64,000 bases of DNA from an uncultured delta proteobacterium (GTDB lineage Bacteria; Myxococcota_A; Polyangia; Polyangiales; Polyangiaceae), in NCBI GenBank assembly GCA_963782055.1, contig CAWAIF010000003.1, positions 3,456,001 to 3,520,000 on the forward strand. The letters are read 5' to 3'. The notes under the pieces are model-generated. The model had not been told where the DNA came from and ran no database searches. It saw nothing but the letters and a program-made list of their open reading frames with translations. Within the stretch, counting starts at the first letter, position 1. Each line of letters starts with the position of its first letter. Shown in pieces: positions 12,960-23,152 of this stretch. Position numbers and translations under genes: made by a program.

Positions 12960-13811
12960 ATGCGCCCCGGACGAGTCACCTTCGTGCTCCTCGCCGCGAC
13001 GGTCCTGCCCGCGCCCGCCCGCGCCCAGGTCGCCGCGCCGCTCGTGGTCGCCAACCACCCCCCCGACTGGGCGCCGGAGGTGCACGACCAGAACGAGGTG
13101 CAGGCGGGCGACGAGCTCCGCTTCACCCTGCGCGCCGTCGACCCCGACCACGACCCTTTGACCTACACGGTGTCCGGCCTGCCGATGGGCGCCAAGGCGG
13201 AGGCGGGCGACGGCTCGGTCGTCGTGACCTGGCACACCCGGGAGGCGGACGTCGGCGTCTACCCGCTCACCCTCGCCGTCACCGACGGCAGGACGCGCGT
13301 GGAGCGCCGCGTCGACATCGTGGTGGAGGAGAGCGAGGAGAGCTACGTCGTGCCCGGGGTCGGCTACAGCCTCTACCTCCCCAACAACCTGGACCGCCTG
13401 GGCGCGTTCAACGGATTCAGCATCGAGTTCGTGGGGCTGAGCTGGGTCCACCAGAACGAGCAGCACGGCCCGAGCCACGGTCGCGTCTACTTCGACCTGG
13501 ACGTCCTCTTCGCCGGCAAGACGGGGGTCGACTCCGCGTTCCTCCCGTACGCCGGTTTCGATCTCTCGGTGGAGCGAAACCCCGGTCGCCGCTTCCTCAT
13601 CCCCTACTTCGGCATGGAGGGCGGCGTCCTCTTCCAGGCCCAGACCGGCACGCTGGGCATGCTGGTGCCCTTCGCCGGCCTCGACTTCTACGCCCGCTCC
13701 AGCGTCCAGATCGGCATGAAGGCGGGCTACCTGCTGCCCTTCACCTCGGAGCAGTTCGAGGACGTGCGCGGCCTGCGGGCCAAGCTGACGCTGGACCTCT
13801 CCTTCTGGTGA
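12960..13811 (+). CDS. Exported protein: Ig/cadherin-like domain plus C-terminal outer-membrane beta-barrel
   Basis: Signal peptide; NHPP...FTLRAVDPDHDPLTYTVSGLPMGA (Ig/He_PIG-like); amphipathic strands ending in aromatic ...LTLDLSFW. Confidence 0.7.
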   Translation: MRPGRVTFVLLAATVLPAPARAQVAAPLVVANHPPDWAPEVHDQNEVQAGDELRFTLRAVDPDHDPLTYTVSGLPMGAKAEAGDGSVVVTWHTREADVGVYPLTLAVTDGRTRVERRVDIVVEESEESYVVPGVGYSLYLPNNLDRLGAFNGFSIEFVGLSWVHQNEQHGPSHGRVYFDLDVLFAGKTGVDSAFLPYAGFDLSVERNPGRRFLIPYFGMEGGVLFQAQTGTLGMLVPFAGLDFYARSSVQIGMKAGYLLPFTSEQFEDVRGLRAKLTLDLSFW

Positions 13812-13866
13812 CGCGCCTCTTGACCCCCGCCGCGACGCGGGCCATGCCACCTGGTCGCCTGAAGCC

Positions 13867-15816
13867 TTGATCCCTCCCGAGACCATCGCCCTCATCCGCG
13901 AGCGGACCAACATCGTCGCGGTCATCCAGGAGAGCGTCCCGTCGCTGAAGAAGCGCGGGCGCTCGTGGGTGGGCCTGTGTCCGTTCCACAAGGAGAAGAC
14001 ACCGAGCTTCCACGTCAACCCGGACCGCGGCTTCTTCCACTGCTTCGGCTGCAAGGAGGGCGGCAGCGCCATCGACTTCCTGATGAAGCACGACGGCCTG
14101 ACCTTCCCGGAGGCGGTGCGCGATCTGGCCGAGCGCTGCGGCATCGAGGTGCGCGAGGAGGACCGCCCCGCGCCGGAGGCGGACCGGCAGCGCAAGCACA
14201 AGGACGATCTGTACGGCGTGCTGCAGGTGGCGGCGACGTTCTACGAGCAGATGCTGCGCGAGCACCCCGACCGCGCCTATGCGGTGGAAGAGCTGGAGAA
14301 GCGCGGCGTGGCGGGCGCCGACGCCGCCGACACCCTGCAGGCCTTCCGGATGGGCTACGCCCCCGGCGCGTGGGACGCCCTCGCGCAACACTTGAGGGGT
14401 CAAGGGATCTCCCCCGCGCTCGCCGAGCAGGTCGGGCTGCTGGTGCCGCGGCAGCAGGGCAGCGGTCACTACGACCGCTTCCGCCACCGCCTCATGTTCG
14501 CGGTGGTGGATCCGCAGGGCAGGGTGGTCGCCTTCAGCGGGCGCGCCCTGCGCGATCTGCCCGCGGAGCCAGGGGCGGCGCCGCGCGACCCGCCCCCCAA
14601 GTACATCAACTCCCCGGAGAGCCCGATCTACACCAAGGGCAACCTGCTCTTCGGGCTCTTCCAGGCGCGCCACGCCATCCGTCACGAGGACCTGGCGGTG
14701 CTGGTGGAGGGCAACTTCGACGTGGTGAGCCTCCACGCGCGCGGGATGACGAACGTCGTCGCCCCGCTCGGCACCGCCTTCACCGACGAGCAGGCGAAGC
14801 TGCTCCGCCGCTACGCCGGCAACGTGGTGCTCTGCTTCGACGGCGACGCGGCGGGCCGCAAGGCCACCGCCCTCGCCCGCGGGCCGCTCCGGGCGGCGGG
14901 TCTCGGTGCGCGCGTGGCCGCCCTGCCCGCCGGCTCCGATCCCGACGACCTCGCCCGCACCCGCGGCATCGACGCGGTCAAGGACGCCGTGGCGCAGGCC
15001 CGAGGCCTGCTCGAGTTCTTGCTGGAGGACCTGCTCGACGCCAACTTCAACAACGCCGACGCCTACGAGAAGTCGGCGCGCGTCCAGCACGTCGGCCGCG
15101 TGCTCGCCGAGGAAGACGATCCGCTCGTCCGGAGCACCCTCAAGCTGTACGTGGACCAGCTCGCCGGCCGCCTGGACCTGGTGACCCGCGATCAGGGGGG
15201 CAGGGGAGAGCGCTCGCCGGAGACCTTCCGGGCGCTGGAGGGGGCGGTGAAGCGCGCCCTCGCCCAGGCGCAGGCGCGGGACGCGCAGCGGGCGCAGCAA
15301 CCTTCGGGCCAGCGGCCCATGGCCCCGCAGCACGCCCGCGTTTCGTCGAGAAACCCGGGGGGAGCGGCGCGCGGGGCAATCGTCGGCGCGCTCATCGAGT
15401 ACCCCGAGCTGCTGACTGACCCTGGGGTGGAGGTCGCCTGCCAGCTGCTCGAGGGCGACTCGGCCCGTACCGTGGCCGCCCTGGCGGCCTGTACGAAAAG
15501 TTCGCCAGAGGGGGAAAAAACGCTAGACAGTGCTGAGTTTCTTGCGCAAATGCCTCCCGCGATCCATGCCTTTGCGGCCCAAAGGCTCGCGGCACCGCGC
15601 CTCGAGTCGGTGGACGAAGCGCGTGAGGTCGTCCTCTCCAATGCGGACAAGCTCAAGAGCATGATGGTGGAACGGCAGGCGAGCGAGCTGTCTCGCGAGC
15701 AGCGTCAAGCGGCGGACTGGGAGGCGGAGATCGAGCTCGCGCGTGAGGCCGAGCTGCAGGCGAAGGGCGCCCGAGGGCTCGGGCGGAACGACAAGGGTGG
15801 AGGAAGCGCCGGCTGA
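13867..15816 (+). CDS. dnaG: DNA primase
   Basis: CHC2 zinc finger CPFHKEKTPSF...CFGC; KYINSPES; TOPRIM VEGNFD, LGTA, FDGDAAG, DPDD. Confidence 0.98.
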   Translation: MIPPETIALIRERTNIVAVIQESVPSLKKRGRSWVGLCPFHKEKTPSFHVNPDRGFFHCFGCKEGGSAIDFLMKHDGLTFPEAVRDLAERCGIEVREEDRPAPEADRQRKHKDDLYGVLQVAATFYEQMLREHPDRAYAVEELEKRGVAGADAADTLQAFRMGYAPGAWDALAQHLRGQGISPALAEQVGLLVPRQQGSGHYDRFRHRLMFAVVDPQGRVVAFSGRALRDLPAEPGAAPRDPPPKYINSPESPIYTKGNLLFGLFQARHAIRHEDLAVLVEGNFDVVSLHARGMTNVVAPLGTAFTDEQAKLLRRYAGNVVLCFDGDAAGRKATALARGPLRAAGLGARVAALPAGSDPDDLARTRGIDAVKDAVAQARGLLEFLLEDLLDANFNNADAYEKSARVQHVGRVLAEEDDPLVRSTLKLYVDQLAGRLDLVTRDQGGRGERSPETFRALEGAVKRALAQAQARDAQRAQQPSGQRPMAPQHARVSSRNPGGAARGAIVGALIEYPELLTDPGVEVACQLLEGDSARTVAALAACTKSSPEGEKTLDSAEFLAQMPPAIHAFAAQRLAAPRLESVDEAREVVLSNADKLKSMMVERQASELSREQRQAADWEAEIELAREAELQAKGARGLGRNDKGGGSAG

Positions 15817-15909
15817 AGGCCGGCATGCGTCCGCGTGCGCGCGGGCGGAGACGTGGCAAGGTCCGTGTGGAACGGACGTGCGGGGCGACCCCAGGGAGCA
15901 TCGAGAAGC

Positions 15910-17730
<1,821 letters not shown>

Positions 17731-17857
17731 GGCCGGTCAGGTCGCAGGTCCGAGGGGCGGCACGCGCCGCTCCTCGGAGCCCAGGTCCATCGGGCGGGGT
17801 GGGCCCGGCGCTACGCGTCGGGCCTGCGGTGTCCTCGGGAGCTGGCGCGCGTGGCGG

Positions 17858-18262
17858 TCAGTTGGTCTGGGGATTCGCTGCGGGCGGGGGCTTGGCGGCC
17901 TCGGCCTTGGCGCGGTCGCGCGCGCCCATGATGCGCTCGACCTCCGCGTCCATCGTGCCGCGCAGCATCTTCGACCACATCACGAAGTCCGCCATGAGCG
18001 ACCACGCCGGGTACTTGAAGGTGGCCGGGCGGTTGCGCTCGATGAAGAAGTGCGAGACCCACGCGGGCCCGTAGCCGGCGAGCGGGGCGATGGCGAGCAG
18101 CCAGCGCTTGCGCAGCAGCACCGACGCGGCGACCGTGCCCATGGCGAGGCTGGTGCCGACGAAGTGGAAGGTCCTCGTGCTCTTCTTGGAGTGCTCGCAC
18201 ACGTAGTACGGCCAGAAATCCTCGAACGAACCGATGCGCTCCTTGCTCATGGTCGCCAGCAT
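17858..18262 (-). CDS. DUF962 / Mpo1-like membrane protein
   Basis: FEDFWPYYVCEHS..TRTFHFVGT...GYGPAWVSHFFIERNRPATFKYPAWSLMADF. Confidence 0.9.
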   Translation of the reverse strand: MLATMSKERIGSFEDFWPYYVCEHSKKSTRTFHFVGTSLAMGTVAASVLLRKRWLLAIAPLAGYGPAWVSHFFIERNRPATFKYPAWSLMADFVMWSKMLRGTMDAEVERIMGARDRAKAEAAKPPPAANPQTN

Positions 18263-18298
18263 GGCCGCGGCCGCCGGCTTTGTCTACCGTCGGTGCTC

Positions 18299-18934
18299 GT
18301 GACACCCGCGCCCTCCCGTCCCGCCAGCCCGGGCCGCGCGCCGCCTGCGCGCGGGCGCAGGTGGCGCGGTGCACTCGTGCTCGCCGCGCTGGTGGTGGGC
18401 ACCGCCTCGTGCGAGCGGGGGTGTCTGTCGACGTGGCTGAAGCACAGGGGCGTGGGGGCCCCGAAGGAGGATCCCATCGCGCGCACCGACTGCCCTCCCG
18501 GGCTGGCACGGTGCGTCGAGTCGCCGGCGACCGGCGCACCGGGCGCGCGGGTGGGGAAGGTGGAGCTCTCCGAGGGAGAGTCGGTCTGCAGCACGTGCGC
18601 GTGCCCCTGGCACACCGCCGTCACCTGCGAGGGGGGGTGCGCAGCGGCAGGAGTGGTGCTGGTGCGCGAAGCCAGGGACGCCCGCGGTCTGTGCGCCAGC
18701 CGCCCCGGCGACGCCTTCTTCCGCACCCCCCCGGCGAGCGCGCCGCCGGTGCGCTGCGACGCCCACGGCGAACGCTTCGTCTGCCGCGGCGCGGTCGTCG
18801 CCGCCTGCCCGGGTGCCGAGGGCGTGCCGGTGGCCAACTGCGACTACGGGTGCGTCAGCGAAGGGGAGACCCTCGACGACCCTGCGGTCGACGTGCGCGC
18901 CGCCACCGCGCTCCTCTGCAAGCGATCGCCATGA
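18299..18934 (+). CDS. Cys-rich putative lipoprotein
   Basis: Hydrophobic stretch and lipobox-like LVVGTASC followed by many Cys; the start is uncertain (in-frame GTG at 18299). Confidence 0.6.
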   Translation: MTPAPSRPASPGRAPPARGRRWRGALVLAALVVGTASCERGCLSTWLKHRGVGAPKEDPIARTDCPPGLARCVESPATGAPGARVGKVELSEGESVCSTCACPWHTAVTCEGGCAAAGVVLVREARDARGLCASRPGDAFFRTPPASAPPVRCDAHGERFVCRGAVVAACPGAEGVPVANCDYGCVSEGETLDDPAVDVRAATALLCKRSP

Positions 18935-19480
18935 CGCAGGTGTCGCGGTGAGCGGTGGTGGAGGGTCCACCCCCGGCGCCCGGCGTCGATGACGCACTGC
19001 ACGAGCGCCGCGAAAGAGTGAAGCGGGCGACGCGCGTAGCGCGAGCCACACCGCCGCCGGCCGCAGGCCGCGCGCGTGCGAGCATCCGGTTCGCGCACCG
19101 AGCGCGGGGACGGGCGTTCGTTGCGCCCACGCGGTTTCGCGCTAGACTTCAAATCAAGAAGTCATTCCGGGTTTCTCTGCGGAATGACAGCGGCACGCGC
19201 GAAGCGCACGTCCAAAAAGGTGACGCGCGTGACCGCCGGATCCTACGATTCGTACTGGCCGTCTTTCGGCCGCGCCGGCGGGCGCGGCGGCGGACGGCTT
19301 CAGGAGCGATGTGCCCACGGATGAGCCGCTGGCGACGCCGCTCCCGGGCGGCCGGCCGGCGGTACGCGGTCGAGGGCCAGGGTTCGCCCTGCGCCCGCAA
19401 GCCCAGGCGTTGGCCGAGGACTTGCTTTGCATGAGAGCGATGCCCGAAAGGACGTGAGACCGCCAGGGAGGTGGCAGGCA

Positions 19481-20449
19481 ATGAGATGGGTAGGTTTCGG
19501 CGTTGTGGCGATCGCGGGCACGCTGGTCTTCGGCGTGGTCTCCGGCCACGCCAGTGAGCGGGGCTCGCGGGGACTGCCCTCGACGCCGGCCACCGTCGCG
19601 CCCGCCGCGCCCGCTGCGCCCGCCGCGCCCACCGCGCCTGCGCCCGACGCGTCCGTCGCGCCTGCACCCGCCACGCTCGCCAACGCGGGCGTCAAGACCA
19701 CCACCACGCCCTCCCTGGACGCCCCCGCTTCATGCCCGGCGGGCATGGTCGAGGTGGACGGGCAGTACTGCCCCTTCGTGGAGCAGAAGTGCCTTCGCTG
19801 GCTGGACCCGGAAACGCACATGCGCTGCGCGGAGTTCGAGCCGACGCCGCACTGCGCCACCCGCACGCTGCGCCGGCACTTCTGCATCGACGAGTACGAG
19901 TACCCCAATCAAGCGGGCGCCAAGCCGCAGGTGATGGTCACCTGGACACAGGCGCGCGACGCCTGCGAGGCCGAGGGCAAGCGCCTCTGCAACGAGAGCG
20001 AGTGGACGCTGGCCTGCGAGGGTCAGGAGCACCTGCCGTACCCGTACGGCTACGCGCGGAACGCGGACGCCTGCAACATCGACCGGCCGCACCCGGTGCC
20101 CAACGAGCGCGCCCTCGTCAACCCCAGGACGCGTGACGCGGAGATCGCGCGGCTGGACCAGCGCGATCCGTCGGGCTCGCGTGAGTCGTGCGTGAGCCCC
20201 TATGGCGTGCACGACATGACCGGCAACGTGGACGAGTGGGTCGTCAACCAGAGCGGCCATCCGTACAGGAGCGGCCTCAAGGGCGGCTACTGGGGCCCGG
20301 TGCGTGATCGCTGCCGGCCGATGACCGTCGCCCACGACGAGAATTTCGCCTTCTACCAGATCGGCTTCCGCTGCTGCGGCGACCCCGGCGTGCACACCGG
20401 CGGCAACGGGAAGGCCGCGGCCGCGGTCACCAGCCTGGCCGGCACCTGA
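19481..20449 (+). CDS. FGE-sulfatase (SUMF1/EgtB/PvdO-like) domain protein, exported
   Basis: CPAGMVEV, FCIDEYEYP, ARDACEAEGKRLCNESEWTLAC, PYGVHDMTGNVDEW, GFRCC; N-terminal signal or TM segment and Pro/Ala linker. Confidence 0.9.
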   Translation: MRWVGFGVVAIAGTLVFGVVSGHASERGSRGLPSTPATVAPAAPAAPAAPTAPAPDASVAPAPATLANAGVKTTTTPSLDAPASCPAGMVEVDGQYCPFVEQKCLRWLDPETHMRCAEFEPTPHCATRTLRRHFCIDEYEYPNQAGAKPQVMVTWTQARDACEAEGKRLCNESEWTLACEGQEHLPYPYGYARNADACNIDRPHPVPNERALVNPRTRDAEIARLDQRDPSGSRESCVSPYGVHDMTGNVDEWVVNQSGHPYRSGLKGGYWGPVRDRCRPMTVAHDENFAFYQIGFRCCGDPGVHTGGNGKAAAAVTSLAGT

Positions 20450-20550
20450 GGTCGCCACCCCGAGGGGCCACTCCGCCGACGGGGCGCGTGGCCTTTGCGC
20501 GCGCCGTTTCCACCCGATCGCGCTACACTTTCGTCGGCGGAGGTGTGCCG

Positions 20551-22383
20551 ATGAATCGCTTGCTTTGGGGGCTGGGCTGCGTCGCCGCCCTGGCGCTGGT
20601 GGCGTGTGGTGGGGACGACAGCCGGTTCGACCAGGACGGCGGCGGCATGGATGGCGGCGGCATGGATGGTGGCGTCCCCCCCGACGACGGTGGCTTCAAC
20701 TTCGGCGACGCGACGCCAGGTGACGGCGGCGGCGTCACCAACGGCTGCAGCCCCGACCTGCGCAACGTCATCGACGGCAACGGCCAGATCCTGAAGACGT
20801 GCCCGCCCGACGAGGGGTGCTCGGGAGGCCAGTGCGTGCCGGCGTGCCAGGCCGCGGGCGAGGCGAAGGGGAGCGTCGGCTGCGACTTCATGGTCGCGAC
20901 GCCCTCCTTCTTCGCCGACCTCTACCCCTCGTACTTCTCGCCGTGCCTCACCGTCTTCATCGCCAACAACTGGCCGAAGGACGTGACGCTCACGGTCTCG
21001 CGCGCGGGCACCAGCTACGACATCAGCAAGTTCGGCCGGATCTCGCAGACGGGCGTCGCCCCCGCGCAATGGGCCGCCATCCCGACGACGGGCATCCCGC
21101 CGGGCAAGGTGGGCGTGCTCTTCATGGAGAGCAATCCGTCCAGCAACTACAAGTGTCCGGCGGGCCCGGCCCTGCTGCAGGGCACGGAGGTGAAGGGTAC
21201 CGGCCGCGGCCAGGCGTGGCACATCGCCACCAGCCTCCCGGTGAGCGGCTACGACATCCTTCCCTTCGGTGGCGCCAGCTCCTTCCTCCCCGGCGCCACG
21301 CTCCTGCTGCCGACGACGGCGTGGGGCAACAACTACGTCGGCGTCGTGCCGAAGCTGGGGAGCGGCAGCCAGGCCAACTCCGGCGGCCCGCACTGGGGAC
21401 AGGTGGTGGCGACGGAGGACAACACGCAGGTGGACATCGTTCCGACGGTCGCGCTGCCTGCCGGCACCAACGTCGTCGCGGCCCCCAAGAACGTGAAGAC
21501 CACCTACACGCTCAACGCGGGGGAGTACATCCAGTGGCAGGCCGCCTTCAGCTACGGCGGCAACCCGGCCAGCCAGCCGATGGATATGTCCGGCAGCATC
21601 ATCGCCAGCAGCAAGCCGGTCGCCTTCAACGGCGGCAACGGCTACCTGTGTCTCGGGTCGCAGACCTCCACCGGCGGCGGGTGCGACTCCGACCACGAGC
21701 AGATCCCGCCGGTCAGCGCGCTCGGCTCGGAGTACGCGGTGCTGCCGTACGAGAGCCGGTCCAACAGCGGCTTCGAGTCGGTCCCGTACCGGTTCGTCGG
21801 CACCGTGGACGGCACCACGCTCACCTACGATCCGCAGGTCAGCGGCGCTCCCACCACGCTGAAGCTGGGGCAGATGGTGGAGTTCGAGGCGAAGGGGCCC
21901 TTCGTCGTGAAGAGCCAGGACGCGCAGCACCCGTTTTACATCGGCATGATGATGACCGGCTGCTTCGTCACCAACAGCAACGGCTGCCTCGGCGACGAGG
22001 ACTACGTGAACGTGCTGCCGCCCGCGCAGTTCCTGTCCAAGTACGTCTTTTACTCCGACGTCACCTACTCGACGACGGTCTTCCCCATCGTGCGCGTCAA
22101 GACGCCGAGTGGCTTCAAGGACGTCGACGTGGACTGCATCGGCAACGTGACGGGGTGGAAGCCCATCGGCAGCGGCGGTCAGTACGAGTATGCCTACGCC
22201 GACATCGTCAAGGGCGGCCAGCCGCAGGGCAACAACTGCCAGAACGGCCCGCACACCGCGTCGAGCGACGGCCCCTTCGGCCTGACGGTCTGGGGCCTGG
22301 ACTCGGCCGCGTCGTACGGCTACCCGGCGGGCGGGAACGTGGCGTCGATCAACACGGTGTACATCCCGCCGACCCCGCACTGA
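20551..22383 (+). CDS. IgGFc-binding-domain lipoprotein
   Basis: Lipobox ALVAC, DGG linker, ATLLLPTTAWGNNY, VVATEDNTQV, SSKPVAFNGG, QIPPVSALGSEY, SYGYPAG. Confidence 0.85.
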   Translation: MNRLLWGLGCVAALALVACGGDDSRFDQDGGGMDGGGMDGGVPPDDGGFNFGDATPGDGGGVTNGCSPDLRNVIDGNGQILKTCPPDEGCSGGQCVPACQAAGEAKGSVGCDFMVATPSFFADLYPSYFSPCLTVFIANNWPKDVTLTVSRAGTSYDISKFGRISQTGVAPAQWAAIPTTGIPPGKVGVLFMESNPSSNYKCPAGPALLQGTEVKGTGRGQAWHIATSLPVSGYDILPFGGASSFLPGATLLLPTTAWGNNYVGVVPKLGSGSQANSGGPHWGQVVATEDNTQVDIVPTVALPAGTNVVAAPKNVKTTYTLNAGEYIQWQAAFSYGGNPASQPMDMSGSIIASSKPVAFNGGNGYLCLGSQTSTGGGCDSDHEQIPPVSALGSEYAVLPYESRSNSGFESVPYRFVGTVDGTTLTYDPQVSGAPTTLKLGQMVEFEAKGPFVVKSQDAQHPFYIGMMMTGCFVTNSNGCLGDEDYVNVLPPAQFLSKYVFYSDVTYSTTVFPIVRVKTPSGFKDVDVDCIGNVTGWKPIGSGGQYEYAYADIVKGGQPQGNNCQNGPHTASSDGPFGLTVWGLDSAASYGYPAGGNVASINTVYIPPTPH

Positions 22384-22942
22384 GCCCACCGGTGGGACCG
22401 CGGCGCCCCTCGCGGCGCCGCGCCCGGCGCGCCGTCTCTTGATCTCGCACCCACCAGAGGCTCCCGAGGCGGTCCAGGTCGGCCGCGTCGCCGAAGCCGT
22501 CTCGAATGCGCAGGCAGAGCACCTGGAGGTGCCGGCGGGCGCGGACGCACGCGCGTTGTGCGGGCCAGCGCCGCTCGCCGGGGGCGAGCGCGCCGTCGAG
22601 CGCCAGCCCGACGTGGCCGACCAGCACGAGCCCGTAGAAGGCGCGGCGCACGCGGCCGCGCCCCTCCGGCGTCAGCGCGACCAGGATGTCGCGCCCGTCA
22701 CGCCGCCGCGTCACGAGCCCCAGCCGCTCGAGCGACCGCATCATCACGCTGATGGTGGAGCGCGCGACGCCGAGTCCGCGTCGAAGGTTGCTCTGAAGGT
22801 GAACGCGGCGCGCCCCGAGCCGGTACATCGCGTCGAGAAGGTCGAACCGCGCTGCGGTGAGCCCCATCGCCGCCAGCGCCCGCCGCGTGAGCTTCAGCGT
22901 CGCGTAGTAAGCCCGCTTGATGGTGAAGAACACAGGGTCCAT
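22349..22942 (-). CDS. MarR-family winged-helix regulator
   Basis: MDPVFFTIKRAY...GLTAARFDLL...LGVARSTISVMMRSLERLGLVTR...VALTPEGR; its 3' end overlaps the convergent gene by 35 bp. Confidence 0.75.
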   Translation of the reverse strand: MDPVFFTIKRAYYATLKLTRRALAAMGLTAARFDLLDAMYRLGARRVHLQSNLRRGLGVARSTISVMMRSLERLGLVTRRRDGRDILVALTPEGRGRVRRAFYGLVLVGHVGLALDGALAPGERRWPAQRACVRARRHLQVLCLRIRDGFGDAADLDRLGSLWWVRDQETARRARRREGRRGPTGGLSAGSAGCTPC

Positions 22943-22997
22943 CCCCTCACCATCAGCACACCCCATGCCACCCCCCCCTCTCTCCAGATTCCCGCTG

Positions 22998-23035
22998 AAA
23001 CGTCGAATTGCAAGCATGCCTGCCGTTCGACGTTT
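22998..23035. repeat. 38-bp imperfect palindrome (dispersed family, copy 1)
   Basis: aaacgtcgaattgcaagca|tgcctgccgttcgacgttt; 16 of 19 arm positions pair. Related copies at 30909, 40935 and 54413. Confidence 0.75.
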
Positions 23036-23152
23036 GGTGTCCGGGGACAGGAAGGGGGGACAGGGGGGACAGGGGGGCGGGTCGTCGAAGGCGGGGCGGC
23101 TGGGGGCCTCGCCTGGCCTCGCGCGCAGGAGGAGGTCAGGGGGAGGGGAAGA

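Noticed and set aside
17731..17857. tRNA downstream of rpoD, as in many bacteria
   Set aside because: No cloverleaf, T-loop GTTC motif or CCA end could be found.
23008..23025. Sigma-54 promoter on the minus strand (cGGcaggcatgcttGCaa)
   Set aside because: The GG-to-GC spacing is 11 nt instead of the required 10; better explained as part of the palindrome.
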